Of a DNA stretch of 64,000 nucleotides, positions 12,390 through 27,530 are shown piece after piece (the first letter of the stretch is position 1; each line of letters begins with the position of its first letter). The stretch is from the NCBI GenBank assembly GCA_951406725.2, contig OX597822.1:55738001-55802000 (forward strand), read 5' to 3'. The notes beneath the pieces are model-generated. The model searched no databases. It had not been told where the DNA came from and was given only the letters and a program-made list of their open reading frames with translations. The position numbers and the translations under genes are program-made. This DNA is from Octopus vulgaris (lineage: Eukaryota).

Positions 12390-12476
12390 GGTAAAATCAT
12401 GTAGCAAACCAAATGGCGGTGCCCCAGCCTGGCCACAGCTCATGAGCTGAAACTGGAAAAATCATAATCAAAATCA

Positions 12477-12862
<386 letters not shown>

Positions 12863-12950
12863 TTGTTATATTTCGGAATGGTCATATTGCCAGTTTAGCT
12901 AAATATAACAATATCTGTTTCAACACACGACTTCACATAAAAAATCTTGC

Positions 12951-12983
<33 letters not shown>

Positions 12984-12984
<1 letters not shown>

Positions 12985-13614
12985 AGTTTATGAAAGAATG
13001 GAGTTCAACGACTTGTTAACAATATGGTTGCCTCTCACCTCGCCCGACTCTTCCTCCCTTTCTCTCTCTACTTCCCTTTCTCTACAGTTAACACAATTGA
13101 ACACACAGACACAGACCTCTCACCTCACAGCTGTCAGTTTTCTGACATCTACCCATCCACAAACACAATCACGCATTCACACACACACATACACACATTA
13201 TGACAGTTATATACAGTCACACACACAGGCACTCATTCATAAAAGAAATCAATTAAACCCACCATTCTTTTGACCTGTACCCTCTGTACCTTACTATTCT
13301 TATGCCTCCCTCCTCCTACTTCGTTTGAACCCTTGAACCTTTAGATCCTTCTAGATTCTTCTACATTCAGCCACTCTGACGTCACTCCTTATAAACAGAC
13401 ACTCATAATCGCCATGGGCTCCTCGAGAGTAGTCAGCTAAAAGTTTTTTGTGCATTTTGATGTCGACATATGTTCCTTGCCTTTCCTGATGAGAAATCTG
13501 CATAATGTACTTCTTATTCCTTCGGAATTAGGAATATGCAGCCTTCGAAACATCTGTCGAAAATAAAGGAAATTTGTTAACAAGTCGGTCAACGCCATTC
13601 TTTCATAAACTTAT
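12984..13614 (+). mobile_element. Non-coding Penelope-like element with ~40-bp inverted ends and a hammerhead
   Basis: AAGTTTATGAAAGAATGGAGTTCAACGACTTGTTAACAA (12984) is inverted at ~13574-13612. It begins at a TA tract and contains the HHR at 13482. Confidence 0.65.
13482..13562 (+). ncRNA. Type I hammerhead ribozyme
   Basis: UUUC-CUGAUGA-GAA..CUGCAUA...UAUGCAG..UUC-GAAA-CAUCUG-UC-GAAA; intact core, GUC triplet, extended stem II. Confidence 0.8.
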
Positions 13615-13770
13615 ATTTTTAAAATAAACATACAAATTTCCGCACGAAAGCACGTAGTCTATGCCCTACGGACGTAACTTCAACCGTGTTCTTTCTGATG
13701 TGAATTTGCTACCCAGGTATCGGTTATCTTTCGAATTATCCTTAATAAGATAATTCATTCAACTACTCAT

Positions 13771-13850
<80 letters not shown>

Positions 13851-13960
13851 CTGAGTATGCATTGTCTGGGATACTTTTTTCTTGCAGTTGAAGAAATAGC
13901 CAAATTTTTGGCTGCTATTTCTAAAAAGCTCGGTGTGTGGTAAAGTAAATTATTTTACTT

Positions 13961-14017
<57 letters not shown>

Positions 14018-14020
14018 CAT

Positions 14021-14224
14021 GACCGCGTGCGTACCGTTGGCGATTTTTCCCTCCGCCTTCGCTTCTTTGGATCTTTCCTTTTCCTATGTTTCTGACGAAG
14101 AGCTCCGCTCAAAACGTTAAACCCTCCTTCTTTCCTTCTTTCCTGAGCGTCCAATAATACAATACTTGTCCCACGTCCTCGCGTTGTTGTGTTTTCTCTT
14201 TGTGTTTTCATGTTTGGATTAACT
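14021..14224 (+). mobile_element. Short TA-flanked repeat with a degenerate hammerhead at 14088-14122
   Basis: GUUU-CUGACGA-A-GAGC-UCC-GCUC-AAAA-CG-UU-AAAC (G12 mutated to A). A fragment of the same repeat is at ~24805-24882. Confidence 0.6.
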
Positions 14225-14244
14225 ATATATATATATTTATACAT

Positions 14245-14279
<35 letters not shown>

Positions 14280-15144
14280 CATATATGAAACTGCGTGACA
14301 TTTCAATGCGAGGCCGATACAAAAAATTAAGAAACAAGTGTTAAACAATGTCATAATACACGAAAGAAATTCTTCGTTGTGGGTTTCCATCAATCCAGTG
14401 ACTAACATAGTAAAAGAATTAAACAATTTTAGAAGATAGTTGCTTCTGTGTTTCGTGTTCACACATTATTCCGAATATTTACAGTGAAAAAAGAAACTTG
14501 TTTATTTTCCTATACACACATTGCGTCTGTGAATGCGTGAGAGTATGTATATTTGTGTCTACGTGGTTATGTGCGTACATGAGTGTTCGTGGTTCTGCAT
14601 TTCAACGTGCTATGCAGTATATTATAAATAAGCATATATAAAATATATATCCAACAACAGCATTTTTAATCCAAGGGAAACAACTATAACTTAATGGAAT
14701 CTAGTTATTTCCCTTGTTCCGAAAAATTTATAGGGCTGCTGTACCAGTTTTTCGTTTGTTCATACCTGCCAAATCTCATACAAATCACACCTTACCATCT
14801 TAAAAAAAAAAAAAAATAAATAAATAAAAATGAAAACGGAATGAATCATTGGTTAATGCGTCTTTGTTATGTATAAAAAAGGAAAAAAAAAAAAAAGGAT
14901 AGAATAATCACGACTGGGAAGTCTTTGATCATAAGCTTGATAAATGAGAAGTGACCGGAGGTTAAACAACAGCAAGTAACAAAAAGAATCAGTCAAGTTT
15001 AATAAGTTGTCTTCTTTGCGGCACTCGAGTCATATATTCGTTGCTTCATATATGCCCTGCCTTTTGTTTGAGACCATACTTGGTTCTCCGGCATACAGGG
15101 ACTATAGTGTATGGAATGCAATATCACAATTTATGTTTATTGTT

Positions 15145-15480
15145 TTTCTCCCTTCCTAAATTCAGCTGCCCACTTTTGTACTGTCGATAAAACTGGAATG
15201 TAGCCACCATGTCAGGATGAATATCCTTGGAGGATAGACTCTTTTTCTGTGGGTATTCGATAACACGACGATGCCAATTTTTTCTTCCCCATACTTTCAT
15301 CCCCAGCTCAGATGTTGAGTCATGCCTAATAGTCCTGATGCCTAAAAGCCTGACATAAAATTTAATGTGCGATCCTAAGAACTGTATCTCGGTTGATTTT
15401 AGCTGCACGTTCAAAGCAAATGAAAATAAAAGTATCACTGAAATGGTGCTTCCATTGATATTTCCATACATGAGCTCGCG
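15145..15480 (-). mobile_element. Mariner transposase N-terminal remnant
   Basis: WHRRVIEYPQKKSLSSKDIHPDMVAT then, frameshifted, LSTVQKWAAEFRKG, a typical mariner HTH region. Confidence 0.65.
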
Positions 15481-15574
15481 TCATTTGATGTAATGGAGCC
15501 AACAGTCTTTCAGACAACGCATGTTAAAGCAGTACAAAATGAGATCTTTGAACCTGTTTGAGACATACTGCTAC

Positions 15575-15878
15575 TGGCAGTCCGTCGGTTACGACGACGA
15601 GGATTCCAGTTCATATGATCAGCGGAACAGTCTGCTCGTGAGATTAAAATGCAAGTGGCTGAGCACTCCACAAACACGAGTGCCCTTAAAGTAGTTTTCA
15701 GGGAGATTCAGCGTGACACAGAGTGTGAAATACAGGTACTACTCATTTTTGCCAGCTGAGTGAACTGGAGCAACTTGAAGTAAAGTGCCTTGCTCAAGGA
15801 TACAAATCGCAGCCGGGAATCGAACTCACGAATATACGACCGTGAGCCGAATACACCTAACCACTTAGCCACGCGTCC
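15575..15878 (-). mobile_element. tRNA-derived SINE (family 2)
   Basis: Minus-strand A box TGGCTAAGTGG and B box GAGTTCGATTCCC; homologous to 27218-27530. Confidence 0.75.
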
Positions 15879-15934
15879 TTCAACCTGTCTGAAACACTGA
15901 GTCTACTCAGTGCATTTTCTGCCAACAAAGTGAC

Positions 15935-17634
15935 AATCGCTATTTTTGTAATCTTTATGTCCTGTTTGTTCCGCCATTAAAACAACCAGTTGCTCAGGCA
16001 GCCGGCACATACCATTTCGCTAGCAACAAGGGGAGTACAGGATGACAGTCAGCCAAAACCGTTGCTATGCTGTCTCTCTTCAGTTTGCTGGACATTGTTG
16101 TAGAGCTGAATAAGAAGTAATTTCTACTCTTCTCCTATGGAAGCCATCTACTCGCAATACCAGAGGGCGCACACTCTCCTACCCTGATGTAATCTCCAGA
16201 GATACAGGCATCCAGCAACAGGACCTCCGTAATGATATGATGGACCGTGAAGTCTGGCGTAGCATGGTAAATTCCATTGTCTCGACCACAGTCGAACAAT
16301 GATGATGATCTTTCCTCTCTCTGTGGGGTTAATAATCTTAATCTTTGGATATAGTTTCTCATTGAAACTACATAATAGGCAGAATTGTCGGATTAAGACA
16401 GTAGGGTCCTTTGAGGGAGATTTGGCTGCTATTTCTACTAGGTCTTGCTACCATTTCTACTAGGTCTGACTCATTGATATTATATATTCCTTATGCTGTC
16501 CAAAACAGAGTTTTAGATTTTGACGTATAGGGTATCAAAAGATTCAATACTATTTTGGCAACAATTTAAACTTAATTTTCATTCACATAGTTGCATTTCA
16601 AAAATTTAACATAACCTTTTCCATAAATCAACTATCGTAAAAATTTTATACGATGGCGTCACATTTTCTGTGTGTGTGTGTGTACCTTAAAAGACGTCAA
16701 TCATCACGACACACACCTTCACTCTATCTCTCCTTCTCACCCTCTTTCTCTCTCACATACACACGCGCAAGCACGCACGCACACACACACACACACATAC
16801 ACACACACATACACACACGTCCATTTCATATAGATGTACATACATCTTTCACTTTCTTTCTCTGTTTTTTTTTTTCGCATTATTTTCTTTCAATTTTTAC
16901 GGATACAACTGTTTACAAAAATAGGGAATAATGTATAATTTCTTTCTATGTTCATAATTTTTTGTTTACAATATTGGGAAAAATATCGCACCAAAGAAAA
17001 GACGTACAAATTCGTTCTTGACAACTCCTGAAACTGTTTCCAGATATGATCCATCCCATTCTTATAAAAATAATTAATCTGTCCAAACTGGTGTGCTAAA
17101 CACAAATTGTCTTTTCTGTAGAGCTTTCAACATTTCAAATGAGACAAATGGTATGTGCTGCTCAGGCGGTCAGGTAAAATTGCCAGTACTACCAGCTCCT
17201 TCTCAACCTTTTATGGATCTTCTAGAAGGCATTTCCATTCAGTCAAAGGATTTTCTGAACAAAACCAGACAATACAACTCTGCAAATGACATCGTTCGTT
17301 TGGTGCATCAAAGAAGATAGTTAAACATGAATTTACGACGTCAAAGTTCAAGGGCAAGTCTGTCACCTTATTGGTTCCCTGTTACCCACAAATGAACAAC
17401 CACAGTTCCTCCAAATTTACTTTATGAGTGATGTAGGACAACAAACCCGAAGGAAATGTCAACATTTCAGATGATGGGATGTGTTAGACACAGCACCGAC
17501 TGCTGTAAAAGAGCGAATTAGCCCATCATTTACTCCACAAATGTTTTGTTGTCAATGCTGCACTTTCCCATATCACCTGTTTCAACAAACTATGCCATTT
17601 TAATCCCTAGCAACACCGGGTGTCTCTGGAAGTA

Positions 17635-17635
<1 letters not shown>
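15935..17635 (+). mobile_element. Internally deleted Helitron with RepHel N-terminal remnant
   Basis: 17093-17430 encodes CLFCRA...ETNGMCCSGGQVKLPVLPAP...FLNKTRQYNS and KVQGQVCHLIGSLLP...PQFLQIYF (Helitron N-terminal motifs). 15935-16800 is homologous to 41840-42870. A degenerate 3' end (CCCTAGCAACACCGGG...AAGT) is at ~17605-17634. Confidence 0.7.
16133..16310 (+). mobile_element. 3' end of an RTE-clade LINE inserted in the Helitron
   Basis: LWKPSTRNTRGRTLSYPDVISRDTG...MMDREVWRSMVNSI* followed by a (TGA)n tail; absent from the homologous copy at 41840-42870. Confidence 0.7.
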
Positions 17636-17721
<86 letters not shown>

Positions 17722-17747
17722 TTATATATATATATACATATATATAT

Positions 17748-20685
<2,938 letters not shown>

Positions 20686-21136
20686 TAAACGAATACCTTG
20701 TTTGACAAGACGCAGGTGGTGACATTGACGTTGTAAAGGTAACTAACTGGATGACAAAATGCTGATTCTGTCGGCTTGTCGTTCTATTAAGGTAAACTGT
20801 AAAATCAAATATATTCTTGCGAGTTCGTACCGTTTGCATGACACAAATGTCCCACCTTTTTGATATCAGCGATTTGCTAGAAAATGAATTTCTATAATTT
20901 ATATGTATAGGTTCATAAGGTCGTTTCACATATACGTGGTTCGGATTTAGATCCCACTGCGTGACACAGTTACAAAGTGTCTTCAATTGCAGCTTTGATT
21001 TGTCTTATGCCATATGATTGAAATTTGAATGATGAAAACTGTGTCGAAGCCCGCCGTGTGAATGGTCATCTTATTTTTGTTCATCGTACAACGTTTTCTT
21101 TTACTTACTCTTACTTACTTTTGTATTCTTTTGCCT

Positions 21137-21170
21137 TCTTTTGATAAAGGGCATTACCCGAAACGTCCGA
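21137..21170 (+). ncRNA. Degenerate hammerhead-like motif (U3-A8 core variant)
   Basis: UUGAUAA-A-GGG-CAUUA-CCC-GAAA-CG-UC; stem I pairs poorly. Confidence 0.35.
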
Positions 21171-21462
21171 TTCGATTCTATCTTTTATTCTTTTGACTTA
21201 TTAAACTTCATTGTACATTACTTTGTTCATTTTCCGCTCTGTATTTCTACAGTTCAATGCACGTGTTTTCGTCTCATTAACACTACCTGGTATTCCCTGT
21301 TTCGTATGTTTCTTTCCTTCTCACCTCAAACTTTGCTACCATTTTTTGTGGTTGTTACTCCATTTCTTTTCACTCTCTCTCCGTACACACACTCGCACGC
21401 ACTCAGACATGCACACACACATGCACACACTCATACGCGCGCACACACACATACTCATACAT

Positions 21463-21499
<37 letters not shown>

Positions 21500-21528
21500 A
21501 ATGCACGTGGATAGGTGTTTAATGGTAT

Positions 21529-22892
21529 ACCAAGTGGTGTCAAAAAGTTCCTGCATTAGTTCTTATTTCTTTATTGCTCACAAGGGGCTAAACATAGAGG
21601 GGACAAACAAGGAGAGGCAAACGGATTAAGTCGATTACATTGACCCCAGTGCGTAATTGGTACTTATTTAATCGACCCCGAAAGGTTGAAAGGCAAAGTC
21701 GACCTCGGCGGAATTTGAACTCAGAACGTAGCGGCAGACGAAATACCCATTTCTTTACTACCCACAAGGGGTTAAACACAGAGAGGACAAACAAGGACAG
21801 ACAAACAGATTAAGTCGATTATATCGACCCCAGTGCGTAAACTGGAACTTAATTTATCGACCCCGAAAGGGTGAAAGGCAAAGTCGACCTCGGCGGAATT
21901 TGAACTCAGAACGTAACGGTAGACGAAATACCGCTTAGCATTTCGCCCGGCTTGCTAACGTTTCTGCCAGCTCGCCCGGACTAGTTCTGTAGTGCGCCAA
22001 CAGATGGCAGCACACACTTGCGTGCGCAGCGAGAGCTAGCAGTGGCCTTAATCAGGCAGTGGGCCGAGAGAGATCGCTGTGTTTACTTCGCAAGTTATGA
22101 GATTTGTATTTTCGTGATCACGTGTATGCTGTAGTCTGCGATTTTGACATGGACAAGAACAAAAAGCCAACGTGATGTTTTGCATTAAATTTGGGAACTC
22201 TAGTACAGAGATGTTGAGCATGCTTCGGCAAGCTTACGGCGACGGGTCGTACACAATGTTTCAAGAGGCACGAGCGCTTCAAAAGCTGGAGAACATCTCT
22301 GGAAGGCGATGAACGATCTGAAAGATCCCCCACGAGTGTCACTCCCAGAAATATGGTATTGAGCATCGAGAATTCGCGCCCCTCCTTCCGGGTTAGAATG
22401 TCAATCGTGAGTTCTACTGCGACGTTTGGAAGCGTTTTGAGGGGGGACATTTGGTGAAAGCGACCGGATCTGGGGGGCGCGAAGAATTGAATTCTTCATA
22501 ACAATATTGCACCCTGTCACCGAGCTCTCTTCACTCGTGAGTTTCTCGCCCAAAACAACATAGTATCGCTTCCGCACCCCTATTCGCCAGATTTAGCACC
22601 TACGGACTTCTATCTCTTCCCCAAGATAAAAATGAAGCCCAAATGTCGTCGTTTTAACACTATTTTCGAGATCATCGTTTTAACACTATTTAACACTATC
22701 CGAGGTCGTCGTTTTAACACTATTTTCAAGATCCAGAGCGAATCGCTTACGGAAAAGAACTTCCAGGCCGGATTCCAAATGTGGCGGGAAAGCTGGGACC
22801 AGTGTATTACTTAATGTTAAAATTTAAGTGAAAAAGTTTTTTTTTTTTTAATAAGCATAACAAGTCCTAAAACTTTTTGATACCAAACTGGT
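21529..22892 (+). mobile_element. Internally deleted mariner element with a nested SINE
   Basis: Imperfect TIRs (CCAAGTGGTGTCAAAAAGTT / AACTTTTTGATACCAAACTGG). Transposase remnants include MLSMLRQAYGD, RFKSWRTSLEGDERS and HPYSPDLAPTDFYLFPKIK. Confidence 0.8.
21564..21977 (-). mobile_element. SINE (family 3) with an internal ~181-bp tandem duplication
   Basis: Head GGCGAGCTGGCAGAAACGTTAGC...GAGTTCAAATTCCGCCGAGGTCGAC. 21575-21748 is repeated at 21756-21930, with an apparent TSD TAGTTCT. Confidence 0.8.
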
Positions 22893-23542
22893 CTTACGCC
22901 AATAAAGGGAACATAGCGATTCGATAAAGTAAATATCTGGTGAAATAAATACTGAAATCGATATAATTAATGAAAATGTCCGAAGGTAGCGGTCCAGAAT
23001 GAATAAAACAAATAAAGAAATAAATGGACACAGTTGATTCGTGTGTCATTTGAATATCTGATTTATTCTAACCAATAAAGTAATCTTCGAAATACCTTGA
23101 CCCGTTTGAAGAAAAAAATTCTATCTCTTTCTTTTGTAGTTACATAAATAATGATGAATATCAGTACATTGCTCTATATTCTATCCGATGTGTTTAAAAT
23201 ATATCATCTTCATCCTAAATAACTCTTCCAGAAGGTTACTAGGAATAAAAGAAAAACTATGTCTCCTGCAAGACCGGGAGACAAAACACAGTAATGGATG
23301 AGGGTGGGACTGGTGTAGGAGTAAAAATGCTAAAATATATACGTCGCGGGGTGAGTTAGTTCTGGAGAGCAAAAGTAAATATTGTTACAGTTAAAGAGGA
23401 AGGAAGAATTAACTGTGTCTGTGAGCCAGTGACTGGAACGAGTTGAAAAGTGTGTCGTTTTTCTGCTTTGGGAGTAATCTAAGACATTATTTACGATATT
23501 CGTATAGAACTTTGCCTAAATCACCAAGCAACAAGCAAACTC

Positions 23543-24105
<563 letters not shown>

Positions 24106-24117
24106 AAATATGTATAT

Positions 24118-24169
<52 letters not shown>

Positions 24170-24171
<2 letters not shown>

Positions 24172-24788
24172 TGATTTAACATTTGATATAGGCACCATCA
24201 TATTCTGAAGCAGCGTGGGAACTGTATCAACTGATTTCATCAGGGACGCTTGTGAGATGGAAGACTTAACTTCTCGTATTCACCTTTCAAGTTCTTCCAA
24301 AGTCGTTGGTTTGGCAGAGTAGACTTGCTCCTTTAACCAATCCCAAAGGAAAAACGTTGCAGAGTATTAAATCAAGGCCTCTGGTTGGCCAATCATGCGG
24401 ACCTCGACGGATTGGAAAGACGACCACTTCTTCGAGTATCAGCTACAGATCCTGTGGTCATGAGTTTTGAATGACAGTTCTTGATCGGCTTTGCATCAAC
24501 TTGAACATGTCTTTCTCTAACGGTCCTCCACCATCTTTGCACTTGAACAACTGATCTTCAAACTTCGTAACGTGCTGCTATTTGGGCACACTCCTGCACA
24601 GTAAGACATCCAATCATGCTTGTAGGGCTTCTAAATTTCAAACAAAATAATCGATCTGAAAAATAAAACAACATAGAATCAATTCCCATTCATTAAAGGA
24701 CACACAAGAAATTTGAGGAAAAAGGGATAGTTAATAAATAAATTATAAGTATTTTAAAATAGGAAGTTACTTTTCAATCACCCTGTAC
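24170..24788 (-). mobile_element. Tc1/mariner (Tc3/maT-like) remnant
   Basis: Terminus TACAGGGTGATTGAAAAG. Minus-strand RRGPHDWPTRGLDL..CNVF/LWDWLKEQVYSAKPTTLEELE resembles WPPRSPDLTPCDFFLWG.LK. Confidence 0.7.
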
Positions 24789-24877
24789 ACACACATATAT
24801 ATTCCTTTTTTCTTTCCTTTCCTGAGCGTCCAATAACACTATACTTGTTCCATGTCTTCGCGTTGTTGTGTTTGGAT

Positions 24878-24924
<47 letters not shown>

Positions 24925-25199
24925 ATAAAATGTTCAGTTGCCGATAGCATCAGGTATTTGAATAGTTACACCAAGGTAGAGTCGGGGATAGCGCTCCAAT
25001 GCACTAGCAATGTGTGTTGTAATATACTTGTATACTAAAGTAAATACGTATTTATTTTTCCAGTTATGCACACATTTACAAGTACTGACATAATATACAA
25101 AGTGTACTCACAGTCACACGGGGTACACACTCGGTACGTATTCCACAGTCGACTAAAGGCTCCAGGTTCAGAGCATGAAGGTTGTAAGTTAGGTGATGA

Positions 25200-25588
25200 A
25201 TAAACAACGCAGATAGGTTGAGCTTCATTACAGCTGTTTCAGACGCATTTTCTATTGATGAGCAAAAGTTTTACATCATACAAATCCCCCTCGTTTTCTT
25301 CAGGTGAGTTAAGAGTAAAATTTAGCACTTAGGATTCCTCACAAAAATAGAACATAAGTTGACCCTCCAGCCTAGATTCCACTCGTAACCTTGATGGGAG
25401 GGGTTAATTTACGCAATGTTCACTTTTTGGGAGGAATCCCAAGTGTTAAGTTTTACTCTTAATTCACCAGAAGATTTCCTTTTTTTTTTCGCATTATGTA
25501 ACATAATAAAGAACACGTCACATTCTGTTCATCAATAAAGAACACGCCTGAAACAGCTGTTGTGAACCTCAACCCATCAGTTATTGTA
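25200..25588. repeat. Imperfect long palindrome containing a hammerhead
   Basis: 25210-25270 is inverted at ~25520-25580 and 25310-25340 is inverted at ~25430-25460. Confidence 0.7.
25225..25307 (-). ncRNA. Type I hammerhead-like motif
   Basis: UCAC-CUGAAGA-AAACG...CGUCU-GAAA-CAGCUG-UA-AUGA. The core is intact and stem III is palindromic, with one mismatch each in stems I and II. Confidence 0.6.
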
Positions 25589-25589
25589 T

Positions 25590-25624
<35 letters not shown>

Positions 25625-25918
25625 CATACACACACACACATATATATATACACATACACAGACATATAAGGTCATTCAAATGATCATATATTGTTTTACT
25701 GATGATTGGATGGAAGCGACTCTCTCATTCGATTGGCTCGATTCAGTTTAAAAGTTTAAAATAAAAAAAAATACTTTTCAAACTAATAATTTCATTTCAG
25801 TCGATAAATATCATATCCGTTCTGATATTTAGGTTTTTCTGTTGTCCAGAAATATCATTTCACTACGGAAATTTAATTTAAACTTCCAAATACAATTTCC
25901 GTTTCGAAACCGCATATG

Positions 25919-26024
<106 letters not shown>

Positions 26025-26503
26025 ATATATATATATATATATATGTATATGTATATATATATATGTATATATATATATGTATATATATGTATATATATAC
26101 ATATGTATATTTGTGTGAGTGTATGCATGCGCGTTTGTGTTTGTGTGTGTGTTTTTGAATATATGTGTGTGCGTGGACGGACGTGTGTATGTATGTGTGT
26201 ATACTTGGTTGTTTTAAGGGGAAAATATAAAATAACAACGGACATAAAATATTGTAATAAAAGCAGAGATAGACACTAATACAACCGCAAACATCAAAGT
26301 ACTTTAAATTGAAAAATAACCTTTCTAGAGTAGCTGACGTAAATCAATGGTAACAAGTTTACAACATTTTAAACACACGCCGTTTTAGGAAGGCTATTTC
26401 ACGCTTTTAAAGCCACATAATATATGACGGAATGTAAAAACCAAACACACATATGTCTGTGTGTGTGTGTGTGTGTGTGTGTTTGTCTGTGTGTGTGTGT
26501 TTA

Positions 26504-26534
<31 letters not shown>

Positions 26535-26661
26535 GTATGTATAAATATATATATATATAAGAGAGGAAGAGAGAGAGGGAGAGAGAGAGAGGTATGGATG
26601 TATTATCTCCATCAAAACACCCTCACATAATTTCATGAAGTTGAAACTTCCCCATTTTATA

Positions 26662-26717
<56 letters not shown>

Positions 26718-26935
26718 CATACATACATACACACACACGCACACACAAACATATTTGCCCCAAACACATACACACATACTTTAATACAACACAAACCGAA
26801 CATCTCACTATATATAAACATTTTACTGGTAGAAAATAACACCATTTCCGAATCACACAACACACAAGGGTAGCTGAGAGCCTCGTAGTAACTTACCCAC
26901 TTCTTGTATGTGTGTGTGTGTGCATGTGTGTGAAG

Positions 26936-26972
<37 letters not shown>

Positions 26973-26978
26973 TGACTG

Positions 26979-27012
<34 letters not shown>

Positions 27013-27217
27013 GTCTGTGTGTTTGAGTATGTGTGCGTGGGATCAAGCAAGTTTCGTATATCAAACAAAAGAGCACTCGATACATGGAATGTGGTTTCCT
27101 GTTAGTCATTGGGCTAAAAGCAGACGCTTGTGCCGCTGTTGGTAACTCTTTTGCCCCAACACACATCAGAGGTGTGTTAAGGTTATAACATTCTCGGCTG
27201 AATCAAAATAAAACACA

Positions 27218-27530
27218 CTGGCAATCCATCGGTTATGACTACGAGGGTTTCAGTTGATCCGATCAACAGAACAGCCTGTTTGCGAAATAGATGTGCAAGT
27301 GGCTGATCACTCTGCAGACAAGCGTACACTTAACGTAAATTCTCAAGGAGATTCAGCATGATACAGAATGTGACAAGGCCTGGTCCTTTGAATTACAGGT
27401 ACAACTCATTTTTGCCAGCTGAATATACTGGACCAACGTGAAATAAACTATCTTGCTCAAGAACGCAAAGCGCCACTGGGAATCGAACTCACGAGATTAC
27501 AATCGTGAGCCGAATACCCCTACCGCTAAG
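27218..27530 (-). mobile_element. tRNA-derived SINE (family 2)
   Basis: Homologous to 15575-15878; B box GAGTTCGATTCCC. Confidence 0.7.

Larger units (their letters stand above)
9053..12476 (+). mobile_element. APE+RT non-LTR retrotransposon, family B (Proto2/CR1-group-like), with the 3' part of ORF1
   Basis: ORF1 remnant followed by ORF2 with LLNTRGL, ALTETHL, GDFNLP, SDH, PQG, YADD and LERRRERY. The tail is AAAATCATAATCAAAATCA and the element is flanked by (TA)n. Confidence 0.92.
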
